Notes: a model not told the origin generated them from the sequence alone. Shown: positions 28,314 to 38,685, numbered from the stretch's first letter. The stretch: 64,000 bases of DNA from an uncultured bacterium (GCA_963980225.1 CAXBYW010000003.1:32431-96430); one strand, 5' to 3'. Numbers and translations are program-made.

Positions 28314-29969
28314 ATGGTTAAAAAGATTCTTCGTCAGTCTAAGAACTTACTGAGCAGGCAAAACAACACTATTCTTTCAGCAGCAGCAATCATTGCTTTA
28401 TCCTATCTACTCTCTGCTATCTTAGGTTTGGTACGCAATCGTTTGTTGGTCTCTAGATTCTTTGGTGGTCTAGAAGCAGATCTAGACGTTTACTTTGCCG
28501 CGTTCATAGTTCCAGATACTCTCTTTCAACTTCTTATATTAGGCGCTTTGTCTGCTGCTTTTATTCCAATTTACCAAGAACACATCAAAGAAAAGTCTTT
28601 AAAAGAAGCCAATAAAATGGCTAACACCACCCTTACTAGTCTGGGTTCCATTCAACTTATCTTCACCTTTTTAATAATAATTTTTGCTAAACCAGTAGCC
28701 AGTTTAATCACTCACTACCCAGAACACCAGTTAAATCTAATGGCCAACCTCATCCGTATAATGTCTCTTGCTCAGATTCTTTTTACCATATCAGCTTTCT
28801 TAACCAGTGTCTTACAATCTCACCGCCGATTCTTAATACCAGCTACCGCTCCAATTTTTTACAATCTCGGCACCATAGCCGGTATATTTTTCCTATCATC
28901 AAAGTTGGGAATATATTCAGCTGCCGTGGGTATTGTGTTTGGTGCTTTACTCCATCTATTAGTCCAACTGCCTTGGGCCAAGTCACTAGGATTCTCCCCA
29001 AAAATTATCTTTCAACCTAAAAACCCAGGGACAAGGTCAGTCTTCCGTCTCATGCCACCACGGACTGCTGCACTAAGTCTGTCTCAAATTGAAAGGTGGG
29101 TTGCCGTCAACTTAATCTCTACGCTCTCTGCTGGGTCACTAGCAATTTTCAGTTTTGCTCGCCAGCTCTATGTCCTACCCATTACACTTTTTGGCGTTTC
29201 TCTTGGTCAAGCATCTTTTCCTGTTTTGTCAGCCAATTCCAGCCCTAAAGACAGCCCTAAATTTGTAAAGATTCTTTCTCAGTCAATTCTACAAATCTTT
29301 TTCTTCTCTTTGCCTGCTGCTGTTCTAATCATAGTTCTTCGTATTCCTCTAGTCCGTCTTGTCTTTGGTGCCCGTGCTTTCCCTTGGCAAGCCACCCTAT
29401 TAACAGCCAAAGCTTTAGCTTTACTTGCTCTCTCCATCGCCCCGCAGGCAACCAACCATCTTTTAACTCGGGCATTTCATGCTAAGAAAAACACCCGCAC
29501 TCCTTTAATCATTAGTCTGGTAACCATTACCTTCTTCTGTATTACCGCCTACATTAGTACTAATAAATTTAATTTAGGAATAATCGGTATTACCTCGTCA
29601 CTTAGTTTAAGTAATCTCTTGAACTTTCTCATTCTTATTACTTTAATTAATAGAAAAGTTGGTTCATTTAAAATCACCATTCCTCTTATTAAAATGATCT
29701 TCGTTAGTTTCTTGACCGCCATCTCTCTCTGGTATCCAATGCGATTGTTAGATCAGTTTGTCTTTGATACCACCCGTACCTTCCCATTGATTCTTCTAAC
29801 AATAATAGTCAGTCTGATAGGTTTTTCTGTTTATCTCTTATTATCCTTCCTCTTTAAAGTCGATCAACTTAAGCACTTCCTAAGTCTTACTAAAAAAATC
29901 GGTAACTGGCGTAAACTGCTAACTCAAACAGACGAGGTGATAGAAACTTCTCTCTCTGACCAGGTATAA
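28314..29969 (+). CDS. murJ: Lipid II flippase MurJ (MviN)
   Basis: SAILGLVR, YFAAFIVPD, GALSAAFIP, APIFYN, LP..LFGVS, RAFHA..NT.TP; about 14 TM. Confidence 0.92.
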   Translation: MVKKILRQSKNLLSRQNNTILSAAAIIALSYLLSAILGLVRNRLLVSRFFGGLEADLDVYFAAFIVPDTLFQLLILGALSAAFIPIYQEHIKEKSLKEANKMANTTLTSLGSIQLIFTFLIIIFAKPVASLITHYPEHQLNLMANLIRIMSLAQILFTISAFLTSVLQSHRRFLIPATAPIFYNLGTIAGIFFLSSKLGIYSAAVGIVFGALLHLLVQLPWAKSLGFSPKIIFQPKNPGTRSVFRLMPPRTAALSLSQIERWVAVNLISTLSAGSLAIFSFARQLYVLPITLFGVSLGQASFPVLSANSSPKDSPKFVKILSQSILQIFFFSLPAAVLIIVLRIPLVRLVFGARAFPWQATLLTAKALALLALSIAPQATNHLLTRAFHAKKNTRTPLIISLVTITFFCITAYISTNKFNLGIIGITSSLSLSNLLNFLILITLINRKVGSFKITIPLIKMIFVSFLTAISLWYPMRLLDQFVFDTTRTFPLILLTIIVSLIGFSVYLLLSFLFKVDQLKHFLSLTKKIGNWRKLLTQTDEVIETSLSDQV

Positions 29970-29982
29970 TCCCAGCAGAACC

Positions 29983-31761
29983 ATGAATATTCGAAATTTC
30001 TCCATCATTGCCCATATTGACGCCGGAAAATCTACTTTGGCAGATCGTCTTTTAGAACTTACCGGTACCGTCTCTACCAGACAGATGAAAGAACAGCTTT
30101 TAGATAGTAATCCAATAGAAAGGGAGCGAGGTATTACCATCAAACTAGCTCCCGTTACCATGAAGTACAAAGATCCCTCAGGTTCCTACATTCTAAATCT
30201 AATCGATACTCCAGGGCACGTAGACTTTAACTATGAAGTAGAAAGAGCTCTTCAGGCCTGTGAGGCAGCCATTCTTTTAATAGACGCAACCAAGGGGGTT
30301 CAAGCTCAGACCATCGCCAACCTAAGATTGGCTAAAAAACAAAACTTGACAGTTATTCCAGCCATAAACAAAATCGATTCCCCACTATCAAATGTCTCAG
30401 CCAGCACCAAACAGCTTCAGTCTCTATTAGGTGATGACTACATAGAACCTACATTGATATCCGCTAAAACTGGAGAAAATGTAGACAAACTACTAGAGGT
30501 AGTAATTAAATTATGTCCACCACCAGAGACTTCCACATCAGACAAACCTTTAAAGGCTCTGGTCTTCAACTCCATCTATCATCCACACCTAGGAGCCATT
30601 GCTTTTGTTAGACTCTTCCAGGGCTCAATTAACAAAAACATCCCTCTAAAATTTCTTTCTTCAAACATAAAGTTCACTCCGGCAGAGTTCGGTACTTTTA
30701 CTCCCGGTAGGACACCTCAAGACACTCTTACTTCAGGTGACGTGGGTTACATAGTTACCGGTTTTAAGGACATTCGTTTAATTAAGGTTGGTGACACCAT
30801 TACCTTAAATCAAAAAGAAGCAATCCAGTCTCTGCCTGGGTATAGAGAAATAAAACCCAATGTATATCAAGACATCTTCCCCACAGACAACAGTAAGTAC
30901 CACGACTTACTAGACGCTTTAGAGAAACTGAAACTAAATGACTCTTCATTAACCACAGAACCCACATCTTCATTGGTACTTGGCCAGGGTGTTAAGGTGG
31001 GTTTTTTGGGACTGCTGCACGCAGAGGTGGTTACGGAAAGACTAGAGCGTGAGTTTGATGTCCCCGTAATCGGTATCTCACCTACAGTTGAGTACAGAGC
31101 AGATCTAAAAACAGGCGAGACAGTAAGTTTTAGTTCTGCATCGACTTTTCCCGATCCTAGTAAGGTAAAAACCACCTTAGAACCTTTTGCCACTGTTCAG
31201 ATAATCACTCCAGAAGAATACTTGGGTGCAGTTATGAATCTAGCTCAAAACATCCGCGGCCAACTACTAGAGATGACCTATCTAGACAAATTAGTCCAGT
31301 TAAACTACTCGATTCCTTTAATAGAAGTAATTACTTCTCTCCATGATCAGTTAAAGTCTGTCTCGTCTGGTTTTGCCTCATTGGACTATCAGCTATCAGG
31401 CTGGCAGCCGGCCAAGTTAGTAAAACTTTCTGTATTACTAAACCATGACGAGTTCGAACCATTCTCTCTTATATGTATAGAATCAGAAGCTCAAGCAAAG
31501 GCTAAAAATCTAAGCAAAAAACTTAAAGAAGCCATTCCCAGACAACAGTTCGAGGTACCAATTCAAGTAGCCCTAGGTGGCAAAATCATCGCCAGAGAAA
31601 CAGTTAGATCTTTTAGAAAAGACGTCACCGCCAAGCTCTACGGTGGCGACGCTACTAGAAGGAAAAAACTTCTTGAAAAACAAAAAAAAGGTAAAAAACG
31701 CATGAAGCAGTTCGGTTCCGTCCAACTTCCTCAAGAAGCCTTCTTGGCTACATTAAAGTAA
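29983..31761 (+). CDS. lepA: Elongation factor 4
   Basis: [72 protein letters not shown]. Confidence 0.97.
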   Translation: MNIRNFSIIAHIDAGKSTLADRLLELTGTVSTRQMKEQLLDSNPIERERGITIKLAPVTMKYKDPSGSYILNLIDTPGHVDFNYEVERALQACEAAILLIDATKGVQAQTIANLRLAKKQNLTVIPAINKIDSPLSNVSASTKQLQSLLGDDYIEPTLISAKTGENVDKLLEVVIKLCPPPETSTSDKPLKALVFNSIYHPHLGAIAFVRLFQGSINKNIPLKFLSSNIKFTPAEFGTFTPGRTPQDTLTSGDVGYIVTGFKDIRLIKVGDTITLNQKEAIQSLPGYREIKPNVYQDIFPTDNSKYHDLLDALEKLKLNDSSLTTEPTSSLVLGQGVKVGFLGLLHAEVVTERLEREFDVPVIGISPTVEYRADLKTGETVSFSSASTFPDPSKVKTTLEPFATVQIITPEEYLGAVMNLAQNIRGQLLEMTYLDKLVQLNYSIPLIEVITSLHDQLKSVSSGFASLDYQLSGWQPAKLVKLSVLLNHDEFEPFSLICIESEAQAKAKNLSKKLKEAIPRQQFEVPIQVALGGKIIARETVRSFRKDVTAKLYGGDATRRKKLLEKQKKGKKRMKQFGSVQLPQEAFLATLK

Positions 31762-31799
31762 TTGACAGATAATTATCACTCGTGATAAGATACTGCTAA
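31762..31799 (+). promoter_or_regulatory. hrcA promoter with overlapping degenerate CIRCE operator
   Basis: TTGACA (31762-31767), 18 bp, TGaTAAGAT (hexamer 31786-31791). TTATCACTC-N9-TACTGCTAA (31773-31799) versus CIRCE TTAGCACTC-N9-GAGTGCTAA, 3 mismatches. Confidence 0.75.
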
Positions 31800-32524
31800 T
31801 GGATTTAACCGACAGACAGATAGCCATAATTAAAGCCGCGGTGGAAGAGTTCACCGAGACAGCCAAACCAGTTGGTAGTGTTACTTTAGAGAAAAAGTAC
31901 AAGTTAGGTGTATCTCCAGCTACCTTAAGAAATGAAATGGCTGTTTTAGAGGAAAAAGGTTTCTTGAGTCAGTCTCATACTTCTGCCGGTCGCACTCCCA
32001 CTTCTACCGCCATAAAATTCTACATAAACCAACTAATGAAGGAACAGGATTTATCCGTTGCCGAGGAGGTATCAGTTAAAGAAAAAGTCTGGGACCATAG
32101 GTTTGACGCAGACTCTCTTTTAAGAGAAGCCTGTCAGGTTTTAGCTAGCCGAGCTAAATCTTTATCTGTAGCCACTACTTCTTCTGGTAAGTCTTACCAT
32201 GCCGGTTATGCCAACCTACTAAACTTTCCTGAATTTTTTAACATAGACGTTACTAGAAAGGTCTTGAGATTACTAGATGAAACAGACCTTTTATCCGAGG
32301 TCTTTGATCGCGCTGCCGGTAATCAACCAATTCATGTTCTAATTGGTCACGAACTTGGTCCAGACTTCTTTGAACCAGTAAGTTTAATTTTTGCTGATCT
32401 CCAAATTGGAGGCAAAAAAGGCACCTTAGGTGTTATTTCTTCATATAGACAGCAGTATCAGAAAAACATACCTCTAGTTCGATACGTAGCCAACTTAGTT
32501 AATCAAATTAGTCAAGACTGGTAA
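31799..32524 (+). CDS. hrcA: Heat-inducible transcription repressor HrcA (short form)
   Basis: LTDRQ, PVGS, VSPATLRNEM, HTSAGRTPT; first gene of the grpE-dnaK-dnaJ cluster. Confidence 0.92.
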   Translation: MDLTDRQIAIIKAAVEEFTETAKPVGSVTLEKKYKLGVSPATLRNEMAVLEEKGFLSQSHTSAGRTPTSTAIKFYINQLMKEQDLSVAEEVSVKEKVWDHRFDADSLLREACQVLASRAKSLSVATTSSGKSYHAGYANLLNFPEFFNIDVTRKVLRLLDETDLLSEVFDRAAGNQPIHVLIGHELGPDFFEPVSLIFADLQIGGKKGTLGVISSYRQQYQKNIPLVRYVANLVNQISQDW

Positions 32525-32530
32525 AGCAAC

Positions 32531-32968
32531 ATGACAAAAAAAATAAAAAACACCAAACTAGAGAAAGAAGTAAAAGATCTTGAAAATAAATTCAAGCGTG
32601 CTCTGGCTGATTACCAGAACCAAACCAAACGCCATCAGTCTCGCCAGACAGAGATTATCAAATTTGCCAACGAAAGCCTTTTAGACAAACTTCTACCCGT
32701 ACTAGATTCTTTAGAAATGGCACAGCACCATCTAAAAGACACCGGTCTTAAAATGATTCTTGATCAATTTAATAAGATCATTAACTTAGAAGGAGTCAAA
32801 GAAATTACCTCAACAGGCCAAAAGTTTAACCCGGAAACAATGGACTGTGCCGTCTTAGTTAAAGGCTCTAAAGACATAGCTGTTACTACCTTAGTTAAAG
32901 GCTATACTTATTATGACAAGGTCCTTCGCCCAGCCAAAGTAGAAGTTGGATCAGGCCAGAAAAAGTAA
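32531..32968 (+). CDS. grpE: Nucleotide exchange factor GrpE
   Basis: RALADYQN, LLPVLDSLE, FNP, KGY....VLRPAKVEV. Confidence 0.93.
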   Translation: MTKKIKNTKLEKEVKDLENKFKRALADYQNQTKRHQSRQTEIIKFANESLLDKLLPVLDSLEMAQHHLKDTGLKMILDQFNKIINLEGVKEITSTGQKFNPETMDCAVLVKGSKDIAVTTLVKGYTYYDKVLRPAKVEVGSGQKK

Positions 32969-33021
32969 TTCATTTGAATATTATCTGAATATTAATTAAT
33001 ATCAATTAAATAAATAAAAAC

Positions 33022-34938
33022 ATGAGTAAAATAATCGGAATCGATCTAGGAACCACCAACAGCGCCATAGCTGTCATGGAAGGCGGTAAGGCAGTAATTA
33101 TCCCTTCAGCAGAAGGTAAAAACACCTTTCCTTCAGTAGTTGAACCAGAAAAAAACTTAGCCGGTGAAGTGGCTAAACGCCAGATGATCCTAAATCCAGA
33201 AAACACGGTATCTTCTGTTAAAAGACTCATGGGTCAAAAATTCTCTTCCCCCAATGTGACCAAAGCCAAAAAACACGCTGCATATAAAATCGTAGAAGGT
33301 AAGCAGGGTATGTCTGCCATAGAAGTCAACGGTAAAACCTACACTCCACAAGAAATCTCCGCCAAAATTCTCTCAAAAGCCAAGGCGGATGCAGAAAGCT
33401 ATCTAGGTGACAAAGTTACCGAAGCAGTCATTACCGTACCTGCTTACTTTGACGACTCTCAACGCCAAGCCACCAAACAAGCCGGAGAGATCGCCGGACT
33501 AAAAGTTAAAAGAATCATCAATGAGCCTACCGCTGCTTCTCTAGCCTACGGACTAGACAAGAAAAAGCAAGAAATAGTAGCCGTTTACGACCTGGGTGGA
33601 GGTACTTTTGACGTTTCCATCTTAGAGTTAGGTGATGGAGTTTTTGAAGTCAAGTCCACCGCTGGTGACACCTTTTTAGGTGGTGATGACTTTGACCAAA
33701 AAATCATTGAGTACATTCTCTCTGAATTCAAGAAAGAAAATGGCATAGACTTAGAAAAAGACAAACAAGCTCTTCAACGAATTAAAGATGCCGCTGAAAA
33801 AGCCAAGATAGAGCTCTCAAGTTCTACCGAGACCGAGATAAGCCAACCCTTCATCACTCAAGGTTCAGACGGACAACCTCTACATTTAAATCTAAAACTA
33901 ACCCGCGCCAAACTTGAAGAACTGGTAGCCGATCTAGTTAAAAAAACAATCCCTCCTTGTGAGCAGGCTTTAAAAGACGCCAAGTTAGATAAAAAAGACA
34001 TCAACGAGGTAATCTTAGTTGGTGGTATGACCAGAATGCCTAAAGTCCAACAAGTAGTCAAAGACTTCTTTGGTAAAGAATCCAATAAAAGCGTTAATCC
34101 TGACGAAGCCGTAGCTTTGGGTGCTGCTATTCAAGGTGGAGTACTAGCAGGCGATGTCAAAGACGTCCTACTTTTAGACGTAACCCCTCTCAGTTTGGGA
34201 CTAGAAACAATGGGTAGTGTAATGACTTCTTTAATAGAACGAAACACCACCGTTCCTACCAGCAAGTCTCAGGTCTTCTCTACCGCTGCAGACAATCAAC
34301 CTCAAGTAGAGGTAAACGTTCTTCAGGGTGAACGTCCCATGGCCCAAGACAACAAGTCACTAGGTAGGTTCGTTCTGGATGGTATTCCTCCAGCTCAAAG
34401 AGGTATTCCTCAAATCGAGGTAACCTTTAACATAGATGCCGACGGTATCTTAAACGTCTCCGCTAAGGACAAGGCTACTAGTAAAGAGCAAAACATCACC
34501 ATCAAAAATGCCACTAACCTTTCAGAAGAAGAAGTGGAAAAGATGAAGCAAGAGGCAGAAAAATATGCCGACGAAGACAAAAAGAAAAAAGACTTAGTGG
34601 ACAAAAAGAACGAAGCAGAGACCTTCATCTTTGCCACCAGAAAAGCTTTAGAGTCAGCTGGTGATAAATTCGACAAAAAAGCCAAAGAAGAAATAGAGGC
34701 AGAACTAAAGGTTTTAGAAGAAGAAAAAAACTCCGACAAAACCACTTCAAAGTCCTTGTCTGAAAAACTAGAAAAAGCCACCAAGGTTGCTCAAACACAC
34801 GGCGAAGCTCTCTATAAAGCTGCTCAAGAGGCTGAGGACAAAAACAAACCTAAGGAAAAAGGTAAAAAAGGTGACTCCAAGAAGACTGATGATAAACCTA
34901 AGGCAGATGCCGAAGAGGGTCAAGTAGTAGAGGAGTAA
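33022..34938 (+). CDS. dnaK: Chaperone DnaK
   Basis: [46 protein letters not shown]. Confidence 0.98.
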   Translation: MSKIIGIDLGTTNSAIAVMEGGKAVIIPSAEGKNTFPSVVEPEKNLAGEVAKRQMILNPENTVSSVKRLMGQKFSSPNVTKAKKHAAYKIVEGKQGMSAIEVNGKTYTPQEISAKILSKAKADAESYLGDKVTEAVITVPAYFDDSQRQATKQAGEIAGLKVKRIINEPTAASLAYGLDKKKQEIVAVYDLGGGTFDVSILELGDGVFEVKSTAGDTFLGGDDFDQKIIEYILSEFKKENGIDLEKDKQALQRIKDAAEKAKIELSSSTETEISQPFITQGSDGQPLHLNLKLTRAKLEELVADLVKKTIPPCEQALKDAKLDKKDINEVILVGGMTRMPKVQQVVKDFFGKESNKSVNPDEAVALGAAIQGGVLAGDVKDVLLLDVTPLSLGLETMGSVMTSLIERNTTVPTSKSQVFSTAADNQPQVEVNVLQGERPMAQDNKSLGRFVLDGIPPAQRGIPQIEVTFNIDADGILNVSAKDKATSKEQNITIKNATNLSEEEVEKMKQEAEKYADEDKKKKDLVDKKNEAETFIFATRKALESAGDKFDKKAKEEIEAELKVLEEEKNSDKTTSKSLSEKLEKATKVAQTHGEALYKAAQEAEDKNKPKEKGKKGDSKKTDDKPKADAEEGQVVEE

Positions 34939-34949
34939 AATAAATATCC

Positions 34950-35795
34950 ATGACCAGTAAACGTGACTACTACGATATTCTTAGTGTCTCCAAAGAATCC
35001 TCAGCTGCCGATATTAAATCAGCCTACAGAAAACTAGCTGTTAAGTGGCATCCAGATAAAAACAAAAACAAAAAAGAAGCAGAGGAGAAATTTAAAGAGA
35101 TAAACGAAGCCTACGAAATCCTCTCTAATACCGAAAAGAAAAAAACCTATGACCAATTTGGTCACGCTGCTTTTGACCCGTCTATGGGTGCAAATCCTTA
35201 CAGTAGTGCCGGTCGCCAGTCCGGTCCATTCACTTATTCCTACTCCTCAAATGGCCAAGGAATAAACTTCGAAGATCTCTTTGGTGGGTCTGGATACTCC
35301 GATCCTTTTCAGGTTTTCCAAGATTTTTTTGGTGGTAGGCAACAAGCCAAACCTCATTACTCCTTAAAAATTGAGTTTATGGATGCCGTCAACGGTATAG
35401 AAAAGAAGATTGTCCACCAAGGTAAACAGTTCACGATCAAGGTTCCAGCAGGAGCAGATGATGGTACTAGAATAAGGTTTAGCGAGTTTGACGTCTCAAT
35501 AAACGTTAAAACTCACAAAGATTTTAAACGCAACAATTATGATATCTATCTAGATAAGGAGATTCCTTTCACCACAGCTATCCTCGGTGGCAACATCACC
35601 GTTCCTACCTTAGATAAAGATCTAAAACTAAAGATAAGACCAGGCACCCAACCAAACACCTCCATTAGGCTTTCAGGTAAAGGTATAAAACAACTAAGAT
35701 CTTCAAGGCGAGGGGACTTTTACATTCGTCTCATCATTATCTTCCCAAAAAAACTAACCCGCCAACAAAAACAAGCTCTCCAACACTTCACCTAA
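34950..35795 (+). CDS. dnaJ: DnaJ co-chaperone, class B (no zinc finger)
   Basis: J-domain with HPD, G/F region, C-terminal domain; no CxxCxGxG repeats. Confidence 0.88.
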   Translation: MTSKRDYYDILSVSKESSAADIKSAYRKLAVKWHPDKNKNKKEAEEKFKEINEAYEILSNTEKKKTYDQFGHAAFDPSMGANPYSSAGRQSGPFTYSYSSNGQGINFEDLFGGSGYSDPFQVFQDFFGGRQQAKPHYSLKIEFMDAVNGIEKKIVHQGKQFTIKVPAGADDGTRIRFSEFDVSINVKTHKDFKRNNYDIYLDKEIPFTTAILGGNITVPTLDKDLKLKIRPGTQPNTSIRLSGKGIKQLRSSRRGDFYIRLIIIFPKKLTRQQKQALQHFT

Positions 35796-35798
35796 AAT

Positions 35799-35827
35799 TT
35801 GCCCTTAAGCCTTAAAAAAGATATAAT
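35799..35827 (+). promoter_or_regulatory. nusA-infB promoter
   Basis: TTGCCC (35799-35804), 17 bp, TATAAT (35822-35827). Confidence 0.6.
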
Positions 35828-35847
35828 GTCGCCAGGGTAAGAGTAAT

Positions 35848-35870
35848 AGGGGTGGCTATGCCACCTTTTT
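35848..35870 (+). terminator. Terminator-like hairpin upstream of nusA (leader attenuator and/or dnaJ terminator)
   Basis: GGTGGC-tat-GCCACC followed by TTTTT. Confidence 0.7.
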
Positions 35871-35912
35871 AGTTACGCTTGCTTCAAAATCAAAAATAAA
35901 TAAATAACAAAA

Positions 35913-37283
35913 ATGGACAACAATCAATTAACCGCCAGAACCGAATTTGCCGCCGCTATCAACCAGATTGCTTCTGAGAAGGGTATCTCTCCAAAAATAA
36001 TCATAGACGCCATAAAAAAAGGTCTAGTCGCCTCTTTCAAAAAAGACTTCCCTTCTTTAGCTGAAGAGGTAGAAGAAGACGAAACAAAAACCATAGTAGC
36101 CGAGATAGACGAAGAAGATGGCGGTTTCAGAATTTATCATGGTAAGGAAGGTCAAAAGATAAAAGAAATGAAAGACATTACTCCTCCAGGTTTTGGTAGA
36201 ATAGCGGCTCAAACAGCCAAGCAGGTTCTCTCACAGGATCTAAGAGAAGCTGAAAAAGTCTCGATTCTGGAAGAGTATGAAGAAAAAGTTGGCGACATAA
36301 TAAACGGCATGGTGCAAAGAATGGACGGTAGAAATGTAGTTGTAGACATTGGTCGTGGCCAGGGGGTCATGCCACCAGAAGAACAAGTTGGTAATGAGTA
36401 CTACAAGCTAAACTCCAGGATTAGTGTCTTAATAAAAGAAATTGGCGAAACAGCCAGAGGTGAAGCAATAATAGTATCAAGATCAGACCCTAAACTAGTA
36501 GAAGGCCTTTTCTCAAGAGAAGTACCAGAAGTAGGTGCAGGTAGTGTGGTAGTCAAAGCTATTGCTCGTGAGGCAGGCTCAAGAACCAAGGTGGCCGTAG
36601 AATCAACTCAAGACGGAGTAGATCCAGTTGGTTCCTGTGTTGGTCAAAAAGGAGTCAGAGTCCAAGCCGTAATAAACGAGCTTAACGGAGAAAAAATAGA
36701 TATTATTCAGTACTCTCAAGATCAAGACAAGTTCATCACTACTGCTCTAGCTCCAGCCGACGGTCTCTCAATTGTAAAAGATAAAGAAACAGACGAATAC
36801 GTAGTTACCGTACCTGATGATCAGTTATCTCTTGCCATCGGTAGAGGAGGCCAAAACGTAAAACTAGCCGCCAAACTTACAGGAGTCAGGCTAAAAATTA
36901 TCTCAGACAAAACAGATCCAGGCATTACTGTTACTGGAGACGAAGAACTGGAAATAGACCAACTTGGGCTTCCAAGTAAAATAAGAAACCTATTAGTAGA
37001 AGCTAGTATGACCAAAATTGAAGACATATTGTTCAACCCAGACAAACTAGATGAAATAAAAGGTATAGGTCCAAAGTCTTTGGAAAAGATAAAGAAACAA
37101 GTATCAGCCTACAAACCTCCAGCCAGAGAAGAAGCGCCTGTCAAAGAGGAACTTATTAAGAAAGATCCTGTCAAAAAGAAAACCATTAAAAAAGAAACCT
37201 CCAAAGAAAAGATTACCAAAGAAAAACCCGTTAAAGAAGATCCTGTCCAAGAAGAGGAGCCAAGTAATGAAGAAGCAAAATAA
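35913..37283 (+). CDS. nusA: Transcription termination/antitermination factor NusA
   Basis: FGRIAAQTAKQ, S1 domain, EVPE, AREAGSRTKVAV, DPVGSCVG, SLAIGRGGQNVKLA; HhH domain and K/E tail. Confidence 0.96.
   Translation: MDNNQLTARTEFAAAINQIASEKGISPKIIIDAIKKGLVASFKKDFPSLAEEVEEDETKTIVAEIDEEDGGFRIYHGKEGQKIKEMKDITPPGFGRIAAQTAKQVLSQDLREAEKVSILEEYEEKVGDIINGMVQRMDGRNVVVDIGRGQGVMPPEEQVGNEYYKLNSRISVLIKEIGETARGEAIIVSRSDPKLVEGLFSREVPEVGAGSVVVKAIAREAGSRTKVAVESTQDGVDPVGSCVGQKGVRVQAVINELNGEKIDIIQYSQDQDKFITTALAPADGLSIVKDKETDEYVVTVPDDQLSLAIGRGGQNVKLAAKLTGVRLKIISDKTDPGITVTGDEELEIDQLGLPSKIRNLLVEASMTKIEDILFNPDKLDEIKGIGPKSLEKIKKQVSAYKPPAREEAPVKEELIKKDPVKKKTIKKETSKEKITKEKPVKEDPVQEEEPSNEEAK
37137..37256 (+). repeat. 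Eight degenerate 15-bp tandem units in the nusA tail
   Basis: cctgtcaaagaggaa/cttattaagaaagat/cctgtcaaaaagaaa/accattaaaaaagaa/acctccaaagaaaag/attaccaaagaaaaa/cccgttaaagaagat/cctgtccaagaagag. Confidence 0.7.
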
Positions 37284-38679
37284 TGAGAACACCAGGCCGC
37301 CAATAGTCACTATCCTAGGTCACGTTGATCACGGGAAGACCTCTATTTTAGATAAAATTCGCTCATCCAACCTTCAGGGTAAAGAAAGTGGTGGTATTAC
37401 TCAAACAATAGGAGCTTATCAAGTAGTCCACCAAGGTAAACCCATCACTTTTATTGATACTCCCGGGCATGAAGCCTTCGAGGCTATGCGTAGTCGAGGT
37501 GGGCAGATTGCCGATATTGCTATTCTTGTTGTAGCCGCCGATGACAGTGTTAAACCTCAAACAAAAGAGTCAGTTAAGCACATCAAAAAAGCCAAAATAC
37601 CTTATTTAGTTGCAATAAACAAAATTGACGTTGCTGGTGCAGACACTACAAAGGTAAAAACCGATCTAGGTGAGATAGGTGAGTACCTAGAAGGTTTTGG
37701 AGGCGACATACCTTTTGTTGAGGTATCCGCCAAAACAGGAGAAGGTCTAGATAAGCTCCTAGAATTGATTCTACTTCTAGCCGAGCTAGAAGAATTAAGA
37801 GACACCTCCCAAAAGACCCCTGCAAGTGGTGTTGTCCTAGAGGCTCAATTACATCCACAAAAAGGTCCTTTAGCTACCATACTGATAAAACAAGGCCAAT
37901 TCCTCCTAAAAGACAATCTGTTTAAAGACACAAAACTCATTGGTAAGGTCAGAGCTATGAACATAAGTACCGGTAATCTTGTTCAAAAAGCTCTACCCTC
38001 TACTCCAATTCAAATTATTGGTTTTAAAGAAGCTCCTTCTACTGGAGACATCATTACTACTAAACCTTCTGATCTTGCTCAAATAAAACAAAAAAACAAG
38101 GTCAAAATAAAGCTAGATCCAGAAAAACCCAACATGGTTATAAAAGCGGCCGTTAAAGGTGGTTTAGAGGCTGTATTAGGTAAAATCACAGACAAGATAA
38201 ATCTAGTGTCAAGTGGTGTTGGTTCCGTCACTGGTTCAGATATAGAAACAGCTAGTATAAATAACGCTCAAATTATTGGCTTTAACTCAAAAATATCAAC
38301 CAGTGTAAAAAAATTAGCCGCCACAGAAGGAGTTACTTTTAAAAACTTCTCAATAATCTACCACCTTTTTGAGTATGTTGATGATCTGTTCGAGCAAAGG
38401 AAAGCTCCACCTCCACCAAAAGAAACCAGCCAGATAAAAATCAAGAAGGTTTTCAACGTCAATGGTCAAGTTGTCTTAGGTGGTGTAGTCATAAAAGGCA
38501 AGGTGTCCTTTGGAGACATGGTTAAGGGTTCAAAAATAGTCTCTCTCCAGTCTTCAAAAGAAAAGTTAGAGGTTGTTAAAAAAGATCAAGAGCTGGGATT
38601 AATTCTTAGTCCAAGTCTTGACATCAAGGAAGAAGAGGTTATAATAACCCATAGCAGTGATAAAAAAGACAAAGAATAA
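37267..38679 (+). CDS. infB: Translation initiation factor IF-2 (no N-terminal domain)
   Basis: [38 protein letters not shown]. Confidence 0.95.
   Translation: MKKQNNENTRPPIVTILGHVDHGKTSILDKIRSSNLQGKESGGITQTIGAYQVVHQGKPITFIDTPGHEAFEAMRSRGGQIADIAILVVAADDSVKPQTKESVKHIKKAKIPYLVAINKIDVAGADTTKVKTDLGEIGEYLEGFGGDIPFVEVSAKTGEGLDKLLELILLLAELEELRDTSQKTPASGVVLEAQLHPQKGPLATILIKQGQFLLKDNLFKDTKLIGKVRAMNISTGNLVQKALPSTPIQIIGFKEAPSTGDIITTKPSDLAQIKQKNKVKIKLDPEKPNMVIKAAVKGGLEAVLGKITDKINLVSSGVGSVTGSDIETASINNAQIIGFNSKISTSVKKLAATEGVTFKNFSIIYHLFEYVDDLFEQRKAPPPPKETSQIKIKKVFNVNGQVVLGGVVIKGKVSFGDMVKGSKIVSLQSSKEKLEVVKKDQELGLILSPSLDIKEEEVIITHSSDKKDKE
38618..38645 (+). promoter_or_regulatory. Consensus sigma70 promoter inside the infB 3' end
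   Basis: TTGACA (38618-38623), 16 bp, TATAAT (38640-38645), 40 nt before ATG 38686. Confidence 0.65.
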
Positions 38680-38685
38680 AGAATA

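Noticed and set aside
32969-33021. TGAATATTA direct repeat and ATATTAATTAATAT palindrome before dnaK
   Set aside because: Almost pure A/T sequence where such patterns arise by chance; no CIRCE similarity
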